Of a stretch of DNA of 50,748 nt, positions 25,748-40,124 are shown one piece after another. Origin of the DNA: Octopus sinensis (Eukaryota); assembly GCF_006345805.1 (NCBI RefSeq), contig NW_021834300.1, forward strand, positions 1 through 50,748, written 5' to 3'. The translations under genes and the position numbers were made by a program. Numbering within the stretch: position 1 is the stretch's first letter; every line of letters begins with the position of its first letter. The notes beneath the pieces were generated by a model. It was not told the DNA's origin. It searched no databases and worked only from the letters and a program-made list of their open reading frames with translations.

Positions 25748-26512
25748 TGCAATCTCGATTAATAACTGTCCGAGAAACTCTATTGCTGTAAAACCATGCG
25801 AAAGCGAGATGCAGGTATATACAGGTATAGTCAGGTATATACAGGTATATAGAGGTGTATACATAATTGGATAAAACGAACTTGCAGAGAGGGATATTTA
25901 GCCTAAAAACGGAAAAGCATCCTTTTTATTTATTTCATTTATTTATTTATTTTGTGGGCACAATGTTTGTACTCACATAAATAGCTTATTCAGGTAAACA
26001 GGCACAGACGATAATTATGCTTTCCCGCTTCTTTGATTATATAATTATATACGTATGTGCGCGTGCGTGTGTGCGCGTGTGTGTACTTGCATACGACAAC
26101 ACCACAGTGAAAATCTAACGGACTGAGAGGGATTTAAATGTTACCTGCGGGAAGAGAAACCGGGAACATCTCTGAAGAGCAACCAACGAACTCTGATATA
26201 TTCTGTCGAGAGACAACCGCCTTCTCTTTTGTCTACATCAATGCCACAGCAACAACATATCTACAGTCGTGTTGTTTTATTGTCTGCCGAGGTTTCGTAC
26301 CATTCAAATACACATTTCCAGCAAACTTACCAAATTATCATCACTAAACGGTTTATAAACAATTATAAACCGTTCATCGTTTCAACCGTTTCAGTTTTCT
26401 CTGAAGATCGATTAAGTGAAACCGTTTACCAAGTTTTCTCAACATTCACGAAATGCCATAATTTCCTCTGTCTTTCCTATTTGTGTATGTGTGTATGCAC
26501 TACGTATTTATG

Positions 26513-26554
<42 letters not shown>

Positions 26555-26570
26555 TATATATATAATATAT

Positions 26571-26970
26571 AGGAGAAGAAAAATTATAAGGCAGAATGCT
26601 AAATTGAAAGTAAAGTTTAATATAAAAATGGGTGTATTGAAAAATAAAAAATAAAAAAAATAAATCAAACGGCTTTCATTGCAAGGCAAACTTTCAAGAT
26701 TTGGAAGGGGAAATTTTTTTTCTTAAAATTGAGGAAGGCGAAAAAAGAAATTTACAATGTTTTTTCAAAAAAATAATACATATATAGAAAAATTAATAAA
26801 TAAGTATACCAATCAATTGTAGAGTCTTTATGCTTTTAGAGTTCAATAATAGTCGTTGGGAAAACTTCTTTGGAGGATTAGGATGCATGCGTTTAAGTGT
26901 AGTGTATATTTGAAAAGAGAATGTATAATGTATATATATATATATATAATACATTTATGCATACATATTA

Positions 26971-27036
<66 letters not shown>

Positions 27037-27404
27037 ATATATATAATATTAGGAGAGGAAAAATTATAAGGCAGAATGCTAAATTGAAAGTAAAGTTTAA
27101 TATAAAAATGGGTGTATGAAAAATAAAAAATAAAAATAATAAATCAAACGGCTTTCATTGCAAGGCAAACTTTCAAGATTTGGAAGGGGAAATTTTTTTT
27201 CTTAAAATTGAGGAAGGCGAAAAAAGAAATTTACAATGTTTTTTCAAAAAATAATACATATATAGAAAAATTAATAAATAAGTAACAATCAATTGTAGAG
27301 TCTTTATGCTTTTAGAGTTCAATAATGTCGTTGGGAAAACTTCTTTGGAGGATAGGATGCATGCGTTTAAGTGTAGTGTATATTTTGAAAGAGAATGTAT
27401 AATG

Positions 27405-27436
<32 letters not shown>

Positions 27437-27452
27437 CATTATGCATACATAT
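26571..27452 (+). repeat. tandem duplication of ~400 bp (26571-~26967 and 27051-~27452) bounded by (TA)n
   Basis: both begin AGGAGA(A/G)GAAAAATTATAAGGCAGAATGC; differences are mostly single-base indels. Confidence 0.93.
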
Positions 27453-27487
27453 ATATCTATATCTATAATATATATATATATATATAT

Positions 27488-27896
27488 TTACTCGTTACTC
27501 TTTACTCTTTTACTTGTTTCAGTCATTTGACTGCGGCCATGCTGCAGCACCGCCTTTAGTCGAGCAAATCGACCCCGGGACTTATTCTTTGTAAGCCCAG
27601 TACTTATTCTATCGGTCTGTTTTGCCGAACCGCTAAGTGACGTGGACGGAAACACACCAGCATCGGTCGTCAAGCAATGCTAGCGAGACAAACACAAACA
27701 CACACACATACATATATACATATACATATATACGACAGGCTTCTTTCAGTTTCCGTCTACCAAATCCACTCACAAGGCATTGGTCGGCCCGGGGCTATAG
27801 CAGAAGTCAATTGCCAAAGATACCACGCAGTGGGACTGAACCCGGAACCATGTGGTTGGTAAGCAAACTACTTACCACACAGCCACTCCTGCGCCT
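27488..27896 (-). mobile_element. full-length tRNA-derived SINE family B (CORE-like)
   Basis: minus-strand head AGGCGCAGGAGTGGCTGTGTGGTAAG (A box), GGGTTCAGTCCC (B box), CORE-like TTGGCAA block, central microsatellite, AAAGAGT-type repeat tail. Confidence 0.92.
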
Positions 27897-28704
27897 ATAT
27901 ATATATAGTTGAACGGAGAGTAAGAGACAGATTTACATTTAGCCATTTATAAATTAATAATTTTATGCCGCAGCTGTTCTTGCAGAGCGGGAAAGACAAT
28001 AATTCTGTTTAGGTTCGCCCGTTCATTGTATATCTTCACGTTACTCTTTCTACATATATAAAAATAATACAGAGTATTTCCTTCAAGCAATTTCAAAAGT
28101 CCACAACTTTTGACTGGTACTTGACTAGTACACATTGTACCCAACATAGGTCGCTGTAAGCAATGTCAAGCGCTAATGAATGCTAAGTCAGAGAAATTCC
28201 CAATGAATAACGAGTAATATTGCAACTAAATACCGCAAGGCAGTTTTCTGACTTTCTAAAGTGATTGGAATGCCGATCCCTCGATTCGTCTTTAATTCAA
28301 TGTCTTCTTTCTATAATTTTTCCTCTATTTCTTATTTGCTCCTTCTATCTCTTTCCTTATCCCTTTATTTCATTCTTTGTTTTCCTTCCTCTCTGTGTAA
28401 GCATAGACATCTACATACAGATTTGTGTGAGTATACCAATGTGTATATGCATGTATGTATGTATGTATGTAGTATGTATGTATGTATGTATGTATGTATG
28501 TATGAATGTATGTATGTGTGTGTGTGTATGGATGGATGGTAGGAAAAAATCTTTATAATGTGAAAGTAGATCGCTTAATTCATAGGTAGAAATATAGTAG
28601 GATATATAGATATACAAATAGGTAAATAGTTGAACGGAGAGTAAGAGACAGATTTACATTTAACCATTTATAACTACATATATGTGCGTGAACACACACA
28701 CATG

Positions 28705-28767
<63 letters not shown>

Positions 28768-28817
28768 TATATATATATATATAAATGTCAGTATATAAAT
28801 CGACGGGTCTATTAAAA

Positions 28818-28818
28818 G

Positions 28819-28902
<84 letters not shown>
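28818..28902. repeat. (GATA)n microsatellite
   Basis: direct reading. Confidence 0.95.
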
Positions 28903-29995
28903 GGAGAAATTAATAGATATAGAGAATAGATAGACACATCGATTTATTCATATAAATAAATTATCAATCATTGTAATATATATCTTTATTTTACGAAGCC
29001 ATTGAAAATTATCCTAACATTATACCTTTGTATAATGTTATATAATTGTATGAGTATATATACAGCGATAGATGGTTGTAAGTATATCTACATTATCTCG
29101 CACACACAGTGTATGTATATATATGAGAGAGAAAGAGGGATTGGGGAGAGAAGGAGAGTGAACAAGAAAGAGTGTAAGTGTAAGAGATTATATGTGTGTG
29201 TGTGTATGTGTGATATATGCTTATGTGTTTATATATATATACACACACAAAAAGACTATATATATATATATACACACACTAAAAGACATATATATATATA
29301 TATATCACAAAGCCATTCAATTGTTGTGTATCGCATATGCATCTACACGTATGTAGACATACACTCGTATAGAAACATACCTGCACATATACACCTGCAG
29401 GTGCGTACACTTCATCAGCTGTATTTAGAATTGGTTATTGAGTGAAAAGTTTAGTACAAAAGCGAAAACAACACCTAAATATTGAAGAAATAAATAAGTT
29501 ATTTTAACTTTACTAACTTAATTACTTTACTTCACATTGACATTTCTATAATGAACCGATTCCCCTCTACCATTTCCATAATTAACTCATATCCTAGACT
29601 CCCATTCACGAGAATAACATACGAAGATAATACAAGCATGTGTTTGGATGTGTTCTTTGTTGCGTGTGTAAATAGAATAGTTTTCCGTGTGGTTACATGT
29701 GTTTATACGTGTTATGTTGTGTGTTGTGGTGTATTTGTGGGTTTCTGAGTGTGTGCGATTTGGGTTTTCTCTTCGCTTCTGTGCCTGCTTCAGTGTCTGT
29801 ATCTATGAACTGGTGTTTTCTCTGTGTATGCTTATGTGTTTGTCCTGTATGCATGAGAATCTACGCAAATAAGCGTGTGTGTGTGTGTCTTCATACATAA
29901 AGTCATAAATGTAATCTAACCACATGTCGCCAGTTCTTAATCCAGAAGTGAGTTGAGTTTAATAAAGGATTATGTGAGTTAATCCGTTAGACTCT

Positions 29996-30229
29996 GGCGG
30001 TGAGCTGGCAGAATCGTTAGCACGCCGGGCGAAATGCGTAGCCGTATTTCGTCTACCGCTACGTTCTCAGTTCAAATTCCGCCGAGGTCGATTTTGCCTT
30101 TCATCCTTTCAGGGTCGATTAAATAAGTACCAGTTACGCACTAGGGTCGATGTAATCGATTTCATCCCTTTGTCTGTCCTTGTTTGTCCCTTCTATGTTT
30201 AGCCCCTTGTGGGCAATAAAGAATTAAAA
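29996..30229 (+). mobile_element. full-length SINE family A with target-site duplication
   Basis: head GGCGGTGAGCTGGCAGAATCGTTAG, GTTCAAATTCC B box; TSD AATCCGTTAGACTCT (29981-29995) / AATACGTTAGACTCT (30230-30244). Confidence 0.95.
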
Positions 30230-32366
30230 AATACGTTAGACTCTATTAATATGTAAATATCTGGAACAGGGATGTATGGTTAACTTTGTGCTTGTATGTG
30301 GTGCGATAGATAAGAGCTTTTTCCATTGTTTTCATTAGATGTGCCAATGAATTACCAATAAATGTTTTGCAAAAATTATGAAATAAATGTTATAAACAAA
30401 CGGCATAACATAACCAAAGAACGAACTCCATGGACAGCAGTAGTATGAAATTTACAGACTTCGCATTAAGGATGGATCTCTCTTCTCAGGCATCCATTAA
30501 CAACGGCAGTTTTCATCGACAATAAACGCTAAAATATAAGATGAGCTTTGCCAGGTATGTTCCAAACGACAAGGTGCTTATTGTTATCTAGCAAATTTCA
30601 GATAAAACAGAAGAGTGATGTGAACCTTAATCTATGCCTAAATATGAATGAGTCCATATGCCAACTGTTGCTTCCCTTAAAAGTATTGGCTTTGTTCCGT
30701 ACATTCACCTATTTGAGACACAAATGTGTGCGATGAGGATCGCTCAACGTATCACTGCCCTGGAAAAGCAAAATTTCCTTAGTGAACAATGAGATTGCAT
30801 TTATTAGACATAAGACTCTGGGAGAGAGGCAATAATGGTTTGCACTTCTTTTGGTGTCAATGTGTAATGTTGGAAGTCATAGAGTCCAGTTATCCTTCTG
30901 AACGTAAAAAAGTCTGTGGTATTGATATAATCCATTGGAAATTATGTTTAATGAAAGAAACTATTCTCTTTACTGCATTTGTATACACCTCGGTTGAACA
31001 GATGATGAATGAAGCAAATTACCATTCATTAATTCCAGTTGGGTTTGAAGAAGAGGCCATGTATATGCTACCTTCTTACTGAACGCATGTCTAGCTAAGT
31101 AATCGTTGTATCCAATGGTAGATCAGATATTTTTTTATTAATACCCACCGTGAACTTTATAATTATCCACGTTGAGTAGCTAGAAATATTATGAAATATA
31201 TCCGATCTTTTCATTAGGATATCTGTTGAAATATTCCATGACTTGTAGGAGTTGAGATGAAAAGTAGCTCTTCAAGGAGTTGACTGTTATTTTACTGGTG
31301 GTCATAATCTTCCACCTTTCAGGCCATCGTCTCTGCACAAACTTGAGCAGTGAGGGACGTACGTATATGTCATGCGCCACAAATATATAATCCAACAATT
31401 ATCTGTGAGCTCCATAAAGATTCACCTTAGATTTTCACACAGAAAGTGCTGACATCATATAAATGATTTTCCCGCGTCATGGTATGTATGTATATACATG
31501 TATATATATATATATCTATATATATATATAATTGTGTGTGTGTGGTGTGGTGTGTGTGTGTGTGTGTGGGTGTTGTGTGTGTTGTTTGTGTGTGTGTGTG
31601 TGTGTGGTGTATTCATGTATATAGGAAGAGAGGGGAGAGAGAGAGAGAGAGAGTAGAGTGAAAGAGAGAGAGAGAGAGGGCGGAGGAGAGAAAGAGTAGT
31701 GTACACGCGCGGAAATTGATCTACATAAATGAGTAATAAGTCTAATATGACATATGGCTGCAATGCCATTTTAATCTCCCCTCATTTGTATCTAATGACA
31801 AAATCCCATTCCTTGGCATTGCAGAGAACTTTTCACAAACCCGATGCTTTCACAATTAACTTTGTGATATTCCATAATTAATTTTCTTCGGTTCGTTTCA
31901 AAGACCACTCTAACAATAGATACGAAGACACAGTTTGTAAAGACATGATGAAAAATAGTATTTATAGCATTATTTCTATTGATAATACTCGTTTGTTAAA
32001 TCAAAACTCTACTCTTTTGTATTTAGATGAAGTTTGTAATTCCGCCATATTGACATTTAGAAAACATTATCATAGCTGAAATTGTAAGGATGTAGATTAT
32101 ATTATATACGGAATAATATTAATCGCTAAATGTACTTGAGAACCTCACGTTTAACAACCAGCCCACACTCCTGCGAAACCAGACGAAAACACGCATATCA
32201 CAAGTATATAAAATCATGTATGTATATGCACGTACATTTATCTATCATATTTCTTTGATCACAAGTGTCTATGTATGTGGGGGTGCGTGTGTAATAGACA
32301 AGTACACAGTCCAAAATATCATGAATGGATACACACACACATAGATAGGTATATATATATATATAG

Positions 32367-32408
<42 letters not shown>

Positions 32409-32626
32409 ATATTATATATATATATATATAGATGGATATATAGATATAGATAGATATAATAGATAGATATATAACCATATCTTTCAGAGCTACTTACGTT
32501 TCAGTATGCATACATATATTTATAATATATACTATATACTTCCATATACCTACATATGGATATATACATAACATACAAAATACACACACACACATATATC
32601 ATATATATAAATAAACACACACACCC

Positions 32627-32668
<42 letters not shown>

Positions 32669-32841
32669 GCGGTTCTATCTTATTTATATATATATATGAG
32701 GAAAGAGGGAGAGAGAGATGCATTAGCTAATCATTAACTCATTATTGATAACAAACTTCCATCTCATTTAGCAAAGAAATATCACACACGCAGCCACGCA
32801 CAAAGAAACGCAATGCAAAACACACAGAATTCCAAACACGT

Positions 32842-32878
<37 letters not shown>

Positions 32879-33438
32879 ACTACTTGCGTTCAATGAGTGT
32901 GTTGCACAATGACTGGTGATATTTACGAATAGTTCATTAAAACTGAAAAGCTAAATATCATCTCAAACTTAGAATATATTGTTATAACAGGAAAAATAAA
33001 AGAAAAGAGGAAATATAATTCTCTACAAAATACTCAACCGATTCCACGTTCATAGAATTTAGTGTTGTGCCTGAGTGTGCAATACATTTCTCAGTCTTAC
33101 TCCTATATATATTTATATATACATACATATATATATATATATAGATATATATATATATATATATATACCTCTTAAACACACATACACAATCAGTCACACG
33201 CACCCTCATAAATGGTTCGTCTCTCGTTTGAATATATATATACCCGTGTGTGTGTGTTCATGCAGGTGTGTGACTATACATATTCATATATGGATATATA
33301 TATATATATAAACAGATAGAGATAGAGGGAGATAGAGTTGGAGAGGGAAATAAATACATACATATATAGACACACACACATATATAAGCGCACGCACACG
33401 TGCGTGCTTGTGTGTGTGTGTGTGTGTGTCTGTTTGTG

Positions 33439-33486
<48 letters not shown>

Positions 33487-34051
33487 CCGTTCGTCCTAGG
33501 AATGATTTTAAGCTGCAACCGGTTCTGGAGTCCTGATAAGGGAGTTCCATGGTTTTCAGGGGTTTGAAACCGCCTTTTGCCACATATGTCCCCATGTCTA
33601 CTTCGTCCCGGAATAGTAGCACCTCGTCGGTCCCACCTATGATTTAACAAACATGTGGTACCCTGGGGAAGAAGGACCCCTAATTATTCTTAGACCTTCC
33701 TTGCAGGAGAAGGTGAATTTGTAAAACTAGCCTAAATTTCAGTCAGGTTTAGCCTGCATTCTGCCACATATTTCAAAGCTGATTGCGCTGATTGTGCTGT
33801 ATAACGCTTTATTCCCTGAAACGAATGCATGCAAGGGAATTCTGGGACTCGAAGGATGTCTGAAACGACTTACTTATTATAAGATACGGTCTTACACGGC
33901 TACGAGAACTTCTGCCATGCAAATACATACAAACGTACATAATACACACACGCACACTCACGCACACACAAATACACACACACACACATATAAATGCTCT
34001 AAACAGGGTTGTGAAGTACGGGTATATGTTGTGAAGTACGGGTATATGTAA

Positions 34052-34284
34052 AAGGAGGCGAGCTGGCAGAAACATTAGCGCGCCGGGCGAAATGCTTGGC
34101 GGTATTTCGTCTGCCGTTACGTTCTGAGTTCAAGTTCTGCCGAGGTCGACTTTGCCTTTCATCCTTTCGGGGTCGATTAAATAAGTACCAGTTACGCACT
34201 GGGGTCGATGTAATCGACTTAATACCTATGTCTGTCCTTGTTTGTCTCCTCTATGTTTAGCCCCTTGTGGGTAATAAAGAAATA
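34052..34284 (+). mobile_element. full-length SINE family A with target-site duplication
   Basis: colinear with the 29996 copy; TSD GGTATATGTAA at 34041-34051 and 34285-34295. Confidence 0.95.
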
Positions 34285-35330
34285 GGTATATGTAATGAGT
34301 TCTCTGATCACGTATAAAATTTATGTTTATATAAATATGCATAATTGCTTATGAGTGTTTGTGCATGTGTGCAAGGGTGTGTGTGTTTGTGTGTGTGTGT
34401 GTCTGCGTGTTTGTGTGTGCGTTTGTACGTTCATGTATGAACGCCGATGCTTTCTACAGTAAATTAAATGAGGATTTTAAAACGACTACATTTTCATGGA
34501 TAAGCTTACAATACAGCAGAACTCTTGATAGCAAGCTATACTTCAGTTTTATCCTTTTTGACTTCTCTTTCTAACCACAAATATGGGTGGAAAGCAAGCC
34601 CTGCAATGGTGACATAATAATTCGAAACCGGCTCCTTCAGTACCTTGTACGACTGCATTACCTCTCTCACTGCAAAAACTTTACTTTCTATTTATTCTCT
34701 CTCCTCTCTCCGTACACATCCTTTTCAATACCCAACTCCTTCTTCCTCGTTACGATGTCCAATTATGTTTGAGGATGGTTAGTATTGGATAGCAATGGTT
34801 AGCAATGGTGGACAATCAGTTTGCAATTTCAGCGACTTCCGCTTCCGGCGCTACTCTTTAAAAATATCTATTCAACTATTCAGATTCAGTCAACTTAAAT
34901 ACATTTACTCTCTGTCTCACTTAATGATCATCACGTAAACCTACCGACTACAGAGCTTCTGGCAGCGCGGGGCCTTGTGATATCGAGTGACATCTGTAAT
35001 ATAACTCCACATACATACACACAAATACGTATACAAACATATATATAAATATATATGTGTGTGTATGTGTGTATATATGTATATGCATATGTATATATAT
35101 GTGTGTGTGTTTGTGTGTGTGTGTGTGAGCGTGTGTATAAGGGTGAATTAATGTGAGTGTATGTGTATATGTAAATGTTGACTAGTATACTAAACTTAAA
35201 TCATGTTGAACACTTTAATGTAAATTAGAAAGTAAAAGATACGACCTTTGATATATATCATACGAAATCTATCACTACATGTGTAGTATATATACATACA
35301 CATATACAGACACACACGTACACACACACA

Positions 35331-35367
<37 letters not shown>

Positions 35368-35372
35368 CTAGA

Positions 35373-35527
35373 CTAGACTACCCGTGACCCGCTGGGTCAC
35401 AGGCGGGGGTCTGATTTTTCCCAACAACAGACATTTGTTTTCTGGGTTTTTTTTCCATGTTTCTTTCACATGCTTTCAACGAATGTGACATAGAAATCAC
35501 ACACAAGCGGTATTTCGGGTTCTTTAT
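35373..35527 (-). mobile_element. Helitron-like 3' terminus fragment
   Basis: minus strand ends CCTGTGACCC-AGC-GGGTCACGGG (GC-rich hairpin, 35381-35403) then TAGT-CTAG|T; 5' end not found. Confidence 0.6.
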
Positions 35528-35869
35528 CGCAAAATAGCTGTCATGTGGTGGCAGGGTAAGCTAGAAATAACACCCAAATCTTTGGAGGTGAGATCCGTTA
35601 TATATATATATATATACATAAATCCATATACCTATATATATATACACATTTATATATGTACCTATATATATATGTGTGTGTGTCTATATATATATATCTA
35701 CATAATATACATACATAAATCTGCTGGTATAGGTATGTATATATATAACATACATATACCCATATATTCTTCCCTCACACAAATATCCATTTGTGCCTTT
35801 GTATGTATGTATGCACGTATGAATGTATGTATGTATGTACATCTATGCATGTTATTACATTATGCAAAC

Positions 35870-36130
<261 letters not shown>

Positions 36131-36938
36131 TAACATTTGATAAATACTTAAGTTACGGCTGAGCTACTTCAAGCTTCATTCACGCAAACTGCAACACATC
36201 CTCGCTTATAAACAGCCTCTGAATGCCATATAACAATTAAAACACTTAGAAGCAAACACCTTCTGCTGTAAATCTTCTCTATATCAGCGCGTTTGTCGTA
36301 TTACTTACACTTCGTGATTTCATGTCCTTGATAAAGAAATATATCCTGCAGCACTCATATCTCCACCAGTGTACAAACACTACACCCACCTCCAAACATG
36401 ACGAATGCAAAACCATTCGCAAATGATTCAATCAGCACTAAAGGCAATGCAACGTTTAGATTACAAATAATCATAGGCTCACCTCATTAGAGCACGAAAA
36501 CCAAAAGGGTTTATCAAGTGTGGTAATATCATTCAGCATACTATTCTTCCATATTACAGGAATTTCGCCAAACACAGAGGAATAATACTCTTTCCGTGAG
36601 ATGCCATTAGAAAGAAATTCGTTATTTCTTTTCTACGTTGGTGTCTTTTTATATAATTTTAATCTCAAACATTTTTTGTTCTCTTTATAGCTTTCGTCAA
36701 TTCAGTCCCTATTCGTTTCATCTTGTACCACATCACACGATTCAAATTACTCTAGTTACTAATTTGATTGGTGGCGTAATTAACGTGTTTCATATGACCA
36801 AATTGTCAAAAGTAGACAAGAGCTAAAGACTATGATATGGGACCACTGGCACCTCCCTTGTCCCAGAGAAATGCATATATGTATGAATGTTATGTACGAA
36901 TTATGGACGTATACACCCATACATATAATATATATATA

Positions 36939-36978
<40 letters not shown>

Positions 36979-37240
36979 AGGGGAAATTTACAAAAAAAGA
37001 CAAAACACAGGTGGTGTAGTCATCAAACAGATGTATTAGTTTAACACTCGGGAAGTGAAAAGGTCTTTAACGTTTCGAGCCTACGCTTTTCCACAGAAAG
37101 GAACACAGAAAGAAACAGGGAGAGAAAATAAAGAATGTGTAGCGGCTTTGGATCTATCCTGACGAATGCCGGACAGAGGGGTCACACAGGAGAGCTAGGA
37201 AGAACGGGAGATAATGAAGTAGTGGTGATCCTAAAACGAA
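36979..37240 (-). mobile_element. Penelope-like terminal fragment with a degenerate hammerhead motif (37065-37100)
   Basis: abuts (TA)n; same layout as 12138-12345; minus strand CTTT-CTGTGGA-AA-AGC-GTAG-GCT-C-GAAACGTT-AAAG. Confidence 0.5.
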
Positions 37241-37892
37241 AGTGCGCGCGCGTGTGTTTAAGAGACCATGTATATGCGTGTGAAAGAGGGCTGGTGGCCG
37301 TGACGTGTACGTGTGTGTGCGTGTGTAGTAGGTGTGTCGATGATGGTGTGGTCGCTGGGAACTGGTCAGTGCTTGTGTGTGCGTGGTGGTGTGATGTGAT
37401 GTGGTGTTGTGTGGTATGGTGGTGTGTGGTGTGGTGGTGTATATACTGATGTATATGTACACACGTATATATATATGTACACATAAATATAATTATATAC
37501 ATGCCTACTTACAAACATAGCGAAAAAGGCATATATTTGCCTTGTTTTTCGCAGCAACATTCAATGCAGATTTTGGTTGAGCTTGGTCAGAGACTTGCCA
37601 TTCTTTCACGTGTATCGTTGCTCTTGATGAGATAAGCGGCCCATAAGACCTGCTGGACGGAGACACATCAGGTTTTTTGTAATGAAGGTAAGAATGCAAT
37701 CCTGGTTAGTAAAGTAGTGAGGCCCAACGGTAGGTTTTGGGCCAACTACATACGACATTTAAAAGAAGGAACACTATACAGGAGTTCCCGGAACAAACTA
37801 GACCTCAACAGGAGCAATACTACATGTAACTTCTACAAAATGTGCTGAGTTCCACTATCTTTCGTATGTCCAAACAGATAACAAACACACAC

Positions 37893-37985
<93 letters not shown>

Positions 37986-37987
37986 TG

Positions 37988-38212
37988 TTTCTTTATTACC
38001 CACAAGGAGCTAAACATAGAGGGGACAAAGAAGGACAGAGAAACGGATTAAGTCGATTACATCGACCATACTGCGTAACTGGTACTTAATTTTATCGACC
38101 CCTAAAGGATGAAAGGCAAAGTCGACCTCGGCGGAATTTGGACTCAGAACGTAACGGCAGAAGAAATACGGCTACGCATTTCACCCGACGTGCTAACGTT
38201 TCTGCCAGCTCG
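37988..38212 (-). mobile_element. near full-length SINE family A inside a (GATA)n tract
   Basis: revcomp of the 29996/34052 copies; (GATA)n on both sides. Confidence 0.93.
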
Positions 38213-38310
<98 letters not shown>

Positions 38311-38323
38311 AAGATAGGGAGAT

Positions 38324-38364
<41 letters not shown>

Positions 38365-39969
38365 TAGAGAGATAGACAGACAGACATAATTCAGCGGTAT
38401 GTGATAAGATCATTAAACAAATGAACGTATGCCATCAATTCGGAGTCAAACCAGAGCATTTTGGGAAGTATAGGAAGTATAGGGTGCCTGTTTTTCTAGG
38501 TATGCACAAATGAAAGGAGAGTCACGTCCAGAACGTCTTTACTCAGCATTCAGAGAAGTTGCACCTCAACTTATCATGGAAGTAAAGACAATAAGAAATC
38601 AAAAGGAAAAACTTCAGCAGCAGCAGCACTAACATAAATAAGCCAGAGTAACAACAGCAGCAACAGCAACAACAAACAACACCAATCACAAATGTAATGG
38701 CGATACAATAGTACAAGAGAAAGGAGAAGAGCAGAGAGAAACGCAAACGCAAAAACCACAATTAGGTCAATGATGGAAGAACGGTTTTTGCTGATTCTTC
38801 AGAAGCTTGTGTTTCGTTACTCTGACGACGGCATTGCTGTTACCACGGAGATGCTTCAGTACCAAACATGAGTACGACGACGACGAGGAGGAGGAGGAGG
38901 AGGTGGAGGGACAGGAGGAGGATGTTGGTAGATAATGGCGATGGTGAGGAAGAGCAAAAGAAAGGCAACGTGAAACGATATCCAGCGATTAGATACGTGT
39001 TTAAATATTAACGATGGAATATTCAGTCTGTGATTTATAGGAAGGTAAATCAGACATTCCACTTATATCTAAGTGGATAAGTTCTGTTGCGTGTGTTTGC
39101 GTGTTTGCGTGATTAGCATACCGGCATAAGTTATGAGTGTATGTGTGTGTGTGTACTTGTATGCATATATATATATACACATATGAATATTTGTGTATGT
39201 GCATATGTAAATAGGTATACATATATATCAGTATTTCTATACACACGTATATATGTGTGTGTATATACGCACATATTTGCTTACATGCATGTATGCATGC
39301 ATGCAAAATGCAGTTAACACTTTACAACAAAAATATATAAATCAGTGAGATAGAAAGTGATAAAAGAAGTACAGTGCCACAGGTATTGAACTGTCAGAGA
39401 CAAAGAGAGAAAGAGAAAGAACAACGGGAGAGAGATGGGGGGGGGGTAAGTGAATGAATGAAGATTTTGGGCGGTAGTGGGGGTTGACATACTAAGTGGA
39501 AGGTATTTAAAGAGTCAAACGGATCGATGGATCGATAAAGTGACAAACAGATAAGCAGGTAGAATCGATTAAGTGGTCTTCTCATTAGCTACGTGAGATA
39601 ATATTATTGCAATTTCTTGCAAAACTGATTCCTTCAATAATTAATATATCATAGATACTAGCATAATTACTGCCACTACTACTAATACCACCACTAATAC
39701 TACTATTACTACTGTAGACATTATTGATTTCCGATATTGACGTAGAACACAAGATATATTCGTAATGTGTGGTGAATCACTTATAAAGGAATAAGAAAAG
39801 ATTACTGCAATCGGTCGTGACTGCAACTTGAACCCGCGTCCTGTAAGTTGTACTTTGGTTGACATGCTTACGTGCAATGAAATTTGCTGACAAGCCATTT
39901 ACAGTGAGTGACATGTCAGACTAATGTCATTGTCAGCAGTTTCTCACTGTTATTTCTATACATGCGCGT

Positions 39970-40034
<65 letters not shown>

Positions 40035-40124
40035 TATACATATATACATACTATATAAATATATGCATATATACATACAAGGATGTACATACCTACATAT
40101 ATATGTATATATACACGTATATAT

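Noticed and set aside
29395-29422. Hammerhead candidate CTGATGA-A-GTG-TACG-CAC (minus strand)
   Set aside because: No GAAA or stem III follows
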